Both the position numbers and the translations under genes were made by a program. Of a stretch of DNA of 64,000 bases, positions 60,360 through 64,000 are shown in pieces. How positions within the stretch are numbered: position 1 is the stretch's first letter; each line of letters starts with the position of its first letter. Source of the stretch: an uncultured beta proteobacterium (GTDB taxonomy: Bacteria; Pseudomonadota; Gammaproteobacteria; Burkholderiales; SHXO01); NCBI GenBank assembly GCA_963741215.1, contig CAVUHQ010000039.1:2104-66103 (forward strand). The letters are read 5' to 3'. Under the pieces are notes generated by a model that had not been told where the DNA came from, made no database searches, and saw only the letters and a program-made list of their open reading frames with translations.

Positions 60360-60708
60360 ATGAAGTATCCGATCACAATCATCGCAACACTGTTGACCAT
60401 CCTGCCGATCGCGGCCACACCACAACAGAGCGATCCGCGCTCGGGGAAGGAAATCTTCGAGCAGATGTGCGCTGGATGCCACGGTACCAGGGGTGACGGA
60501 GGCGAAGGACACAGCGGCGGATTCAGCCCCGTCATCACCACTTTGGCGAACAAAGAATATATGAGCCAGGTCCCCGACGAATATCTCGATCTTGGTCATC
60601 AAGAAGGGCGGCGCCTATATGGGAAAGATCGCGGCCATGCCCGCGTGGGAGACACGGCTGAGCGACGATGACATCAAACGGGTCGTCGCGCACATCCGAA
60701 CGTTCTGA
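60360..60708 (+). pseudogene. monoheme c-type cytochrome; one +1 break near 60590
   Basis: Signal MKYPITIIATLLTILPIAA, then CAGCHG (CxxCH). After ...DEYLDL the expected VIKKGGAYMGKIAAMPAWETRLSDDDIKRVVAHIRTF-stop is one base out of frame (CTG read as CTTG). Confidence 0.75.
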
Positions 60709-60748
60709 TCAGGGCGCGATGGAGTTTGCCTGACTCCGTTCTGCTCTC

Positions 60749-61188
60749 GTGCTCAAGGCGTTTCCGACTCTGCCTGCCGCCGCATTCCTCGGCCTGTTGT
60801 CCGTTCCAATGACGATTTGCGCGGACTCCTGCCGCATCCCGTCCAGGGCACGCCGAACCCGTGGAGGCCGAGTTTCGCGGCTGTGATTCGGCAGGCTGGT
60901 GCCGGTTCTGGATCGAACCGCTGCATCCTTCGGAGGAGTCACTGTATCGCGTGCGTCCCGATGGCGTTGTCGCGAATGCCCGATGACGCCGCCATTTCCA
61001 TTGCGGTGCGCGACCGCCTCAATGCCTTGCTGGCCAACATGATCCACCAGTCCAAACGCATCGTGCTGCATGATCTGCGCGAACTGGACGACGGAACGTT
61101 CGCTGCCACAGTGACGGTGAACGGTGTGAACGTGGAGTCGGACCCGATTCTTCTGGAATTGCGCGAGAAGCGCTCCAGCACTCGGTAG
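60749..61188 (+). pseudogene. small secreted hypothetical protein, frame-broken
   Basis: Stitched: (V)LKAFPTLPAAAFLGLLSVPMTICA..., ...EAEFRGCDSAGWCRFWIEPLHPSEESLYRVRPDGVV, and MPDDAAISIAVRDRLNALLANMIHQSKRIVLHDLRELDDGTFAATVTVNGVNV... in three frames. I recognised no family. Confidence 0.3.
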
Positions 61189-61240
61189 TCTGCGCCTGCA
61201 GCTGGACGCTCGCCGCTGCGGAAGGGAAAACCCGGGCAGG

Positions 61241-61276
61241 AAAATCCCATCCGGCAGCCGAAGCTGCCGGGATGGG
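61241..61276 (-). terminator. rho-independent terminator candidate between convergent genes
   Basis: On the minus strand CCCATCCCGGCAGC-TTCG-GCTGCCGGATGGG (13 bp, one bulge) is followed by ATTTTCC. Confidence 0.5.
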
Positions 61277-61291
61277 AAGAACTGACTGACG

Positions 61292-62952
61292 CTATTCCTT
61301 CGTGATGGTCCACACGACCGCGGATTTCGGCGTCGTGTAGAACGGCGACTCCATCTGGTAGTTCACATACAGCTCGCCGTAGTCCGCAACGTACATCGTC
61401 TTGCCATCGTTGCTGAACTCAACGTCGTTGGTGCGCTCGAACCCGCCCCGGTTTTCCTTCTTCTGGTAGGCATTGGGGCCCGGATCGATGTTCTCGGCGA
61501 AGATCGACCACTTGACGCCGGTCGGGTTGAGGAACTCGATCTTCACGATCGACCGGCCACATCGGGCGCAGGCTTTCCGGACCGTTGTCGATGATGCCGA
61601 ACACGGCGGTGAAAAGCGTGTCCCCCGGCACACCGAAGGCCTTCGGCGCCCAGGCCAACCCGTCCATCGGGTTGTTGGTGTCCCATTCCATCACCGGGTT
61701 GATGTACCCGTTGGGGTTGGGATTGGCGACGATCAGCGGAGTGCCGCGAACCCCGATCGAATGGTCGATGAACCGATAGGGCGGCAGCTGCGGAATGTAC
61801 GGCTTGTCCCCGATGTACAGCTGGGGATTCGGGCGCGTGCTGTCGAAGTTGTTTCCGCGATACACGTCGGGACCGTAGCGCTTGATGTTCACGAAGTTCA
61901 GGCCTTCCTTGTCCGGAAAGCCCGCGTCCTGACCTTTCTCGGTGATGATGAAGAGCTTCTCGGCACCGTTGGCGACACGGCGATTGCCCTTGTCGTTTTG
62001 CCCGTTGTCGCTGACGACCAGGGCATTTTCGAAGCGCGAGCCCTTGGGTCCGAAGGCGAGACCGGACGAGTTGCGCAGGCCCATCGCATACACTTCCCAG
62101 TCGTCACGCGTGTAGTTGCTGTCGGGTTTCAGCTTCGTCCTGTGGATGGCGCCACCGCACGGCTTTTGCGCCTTGATCACCTGACCCGGCTTGGAAGGCG
62201 TGCCTTTGGGCAGGTACGCACCCGTGAGATTGCCCTGACCGTCACGGATGTTGAGCCCCGTCAGCACGATATCCCGGCAAGGCGGATCGCGCGGCAGCGC
62301 GGGAACTCCGGCCGGCGTGCGCTTTTCCCAGTAGGGATCGACCGCATCCGTCCAACCATGGATGTTCGGATCGGAAAAGCCGGAATTGGTCGGGGCGCCC
62401 TACCGCGTAGTACAGCCAACCGTCCCGGCAGGTGATGCCGCCGAGCGCGTGGTCACCGATCGGAACCTCGTTCATGATCAGCTTGGGCGTACCGTTCACG
62501 CCGTCGATTTCCCAGATGCCGTAGCTGTAGTCACCGACGTAGGTGCGGCCGTTTTCCGCGCAATAGCCGATTTCGTTCAGGGCAAACGACTTGAACATGC
62601 CCAGACCGACGTTGTCCTTGATCAGCTTGCCGGACTTGTCGAAGATCTTCACGTGCGGCTTGTCGATGCCTTCCGGCGGAAAGCCGAAGGTGTTGCCTGA
62701 AATGGCGACCCAGACGTTGTCGTTCTTGTCGACCGTGATCGAGGTGATCGTGTCGAGGCCGGAGGCGAACACGCCGACCTTGTAGCCCGGTGGAACCTTG
62801 ATCTTGCTCGGGTCCGGCTTGACCGGCGTGCGCGTAGACCATTTCCCGGCCGGACCGCCCGGCTCCGCCTTTGCGCGATCCTGGGCGAGAGCGGATCCCG
62901 CTACGGACCCCACAGCCAATGCCAGTATTGCCGCATATATTGGTATTTTCAT
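61292..62952 (-). pseudogene. secreted beta-propeller, PQQ-dependent sugar (glucose/sorbosone) dehydrogenase-like; two +1 breaks
   Basis: ORFs 62242..62952, 61419..62267 and 61292..61633. Signal MKIPIYAAILALAVGSVAGSALA; ...GDHALGGITCRDGWLYYAVG|APTNSGF...; YAMGLRNSSGLAFGP...VVSDNGQND; EKLFIITEKGQDAGFP. Confidence 0.65.
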
Positions 62953-62994
62953 TTCCTTCTCCTCCTCGGTTGAAATTTCACTGCACTTGCCGTA

Positions 62995-63266
62995 CTACCT
63001 ACGCACCAACCGCTTCAGATCCTTCGTAAGGCCCGGAATGTCACGATGACTTTGAGACACCTCGTTGTGGAAATCAGTGAGCGACGCGGATTTCTTGGTC
63101 AGGTCATTGTGCGGACATAGGCGATGGAGTCGAACATCTGCTGCCTCGAGAGCGCACTCCCCGAAGACGCCATATCGTCTTGCGAGGACGCTGCCGGATG
63201 CAGCGAAAGACGCGCGCCCGCTACGATCGCGGCGACGGCTAGCGATGTTGTTCTTGCTTTTTTCAT
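62995..63266 (-). pseudogene. small secreted hypothetical protein, frame-broken
   Basis: MKKARTTSLAVAAIVAGA... from the ATG at 63266. The tail ...NDLTKKSASLTDFHNEVSQSHRDIPGLTKDLKRLVRR-stop reads in another frame. Confidence 0.3.
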
Positions 63267-63407
63267 CGACCCCCCAAGGCCGGGCTCTCCCCAGCCGCCA
63301 AGTTTGCAGCCGTGCCCGAGGCGCGGTCAAGTGGGAAACGGTCCTGTCACGTACGATCGCCGGGCCGGCGTACGTCCCCCGCGCTGCCCACCGCGCCCCG
63401 ACCTGCC

Positions 63408-64000
63408 TCAGCGGCGCCCGGGCCTGATCGGCAGCCGGCCGCGCCAGTACTGGATCAGCAGGAAGCCGCCGGCCATCCCGCCTAGGTGGGCGAAGTGGGC
63501 CACGCCTTGCTGCGTGCCTGTGATTCCCATAAACAGCTCGAGCGCGCCGTAGAGCGTGACCAGCAGCCAGGCCGGCATCGGGATCGGCGGAAACAGCAGC
63601 ATGACCATGCGCCGCGGGAACATCATGCCGAAGGCGAGGAGCAGCCCGAACACGCCGCCCGAGGCACCGACACGTGGGATACGGTGCCGCCAGCCAGCGC
63701 TCGCCACGATCAGTTGCGCCAGCGCGGCCGATACGACGCACGCCAAGTAGTAGACCGAGATAGCGGCGGCTCCCCCACACCCGCTCGATCTCCGAGCCGA
63801 ACATGAACAGCGCCAGCATGTTGAAGAACAGATGCGTGATGCTGCCGTGCAGGAAACCGTAGGTGACGAGCTGCCAGAGCTGGAAGCTCCGCGCGTCGCA
63901 ACGTCGAACTGCCCCTCCATCCCGGTGGACAGCGGCCATAGCCCGAACGCGATGACCAGTTGGTTGCCGGCGACGGTCTGCAGCAGGTAGACCAGGACGT
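63408..64000 (-). pseudogene. rhomboid-family intramembrane serine protease (5' end outside window); frame-broken
   Basis: ...FQLWQLVTYGFLHGSITHLFFNMLALFMFGSEIERVWG reads in one frame. ...VGASGGVFGLLLAFG (GxSG) ...GVAHFAHLGGMAGGFLL reads in ORF 63408..63920. Confidence 0.8.

Overview
High-GC (about 65-70% by eye) proteobacterial-type chromosomal segment with roughly 50 protein genes on both strands. I saw no rRNA, tRNA, CRISPR array, integrase or prophage module. Most content is ordinary: TfdA-like dioxygenase, several amidohydrolases, an MlrC-like M81 peptidase, two LivK-type and two ABC_sub_bind-type binding proteins, GST, RraA-like protein, speA, glsA, catalase, dodecin, SDR, MDR and Gfo/Idh/MocA oxidoreductases, P450 and cytochrome c. 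There is also a heavy signalling load: a MalT-like NTPase with a C-terminal SARP module, a zinc-ribbon/class III cyclase/AAA/TPR protein, a CpxP-like + OmpR-type RR + HK operon, an SBP-GGDEF protein, and a LysM-FecR-Ig-repeat protein coupled to a CHASE2-PAS-GGDEF-EAL protein. Five things stand out. (1) At 29806-33221 a membrane-anchored two-ring Clp/Hsp100-type AAA+ ATPase carries a C-terminal domain that matches class-I release factor RF2 landmarks but lacks the GGQ domain; I know of no described fusion like it. (2) At 9132-14363 lie two translationally coupled paralogous giant lipoproteins with three W-hairpin modules, a Tyr/Gly/Pro-rich segment and a poly-Gly/Phe tail. (3) About 50 single-base frame disruptions occur, nearly all readable as +1 and strongly clustered at 29.9-32.3 kb and 57.6-64 kb. 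Many long genes are therefore split into overlapping ORFs; an insertion-biased consensus error looks more likely than real decay, but I cannot prove this from the sequence alone. (4) A lower-GC islet at 3.3-5.3 kb holds a PEP-CTERM gene and IS91-like remnants and is bracketed by a 24-nt direct repeat. (5) A family of palindromic intergenic repeats sits just after stop codons. All family assignments come from motifs read by eye in the supplied translations; no database search was run.
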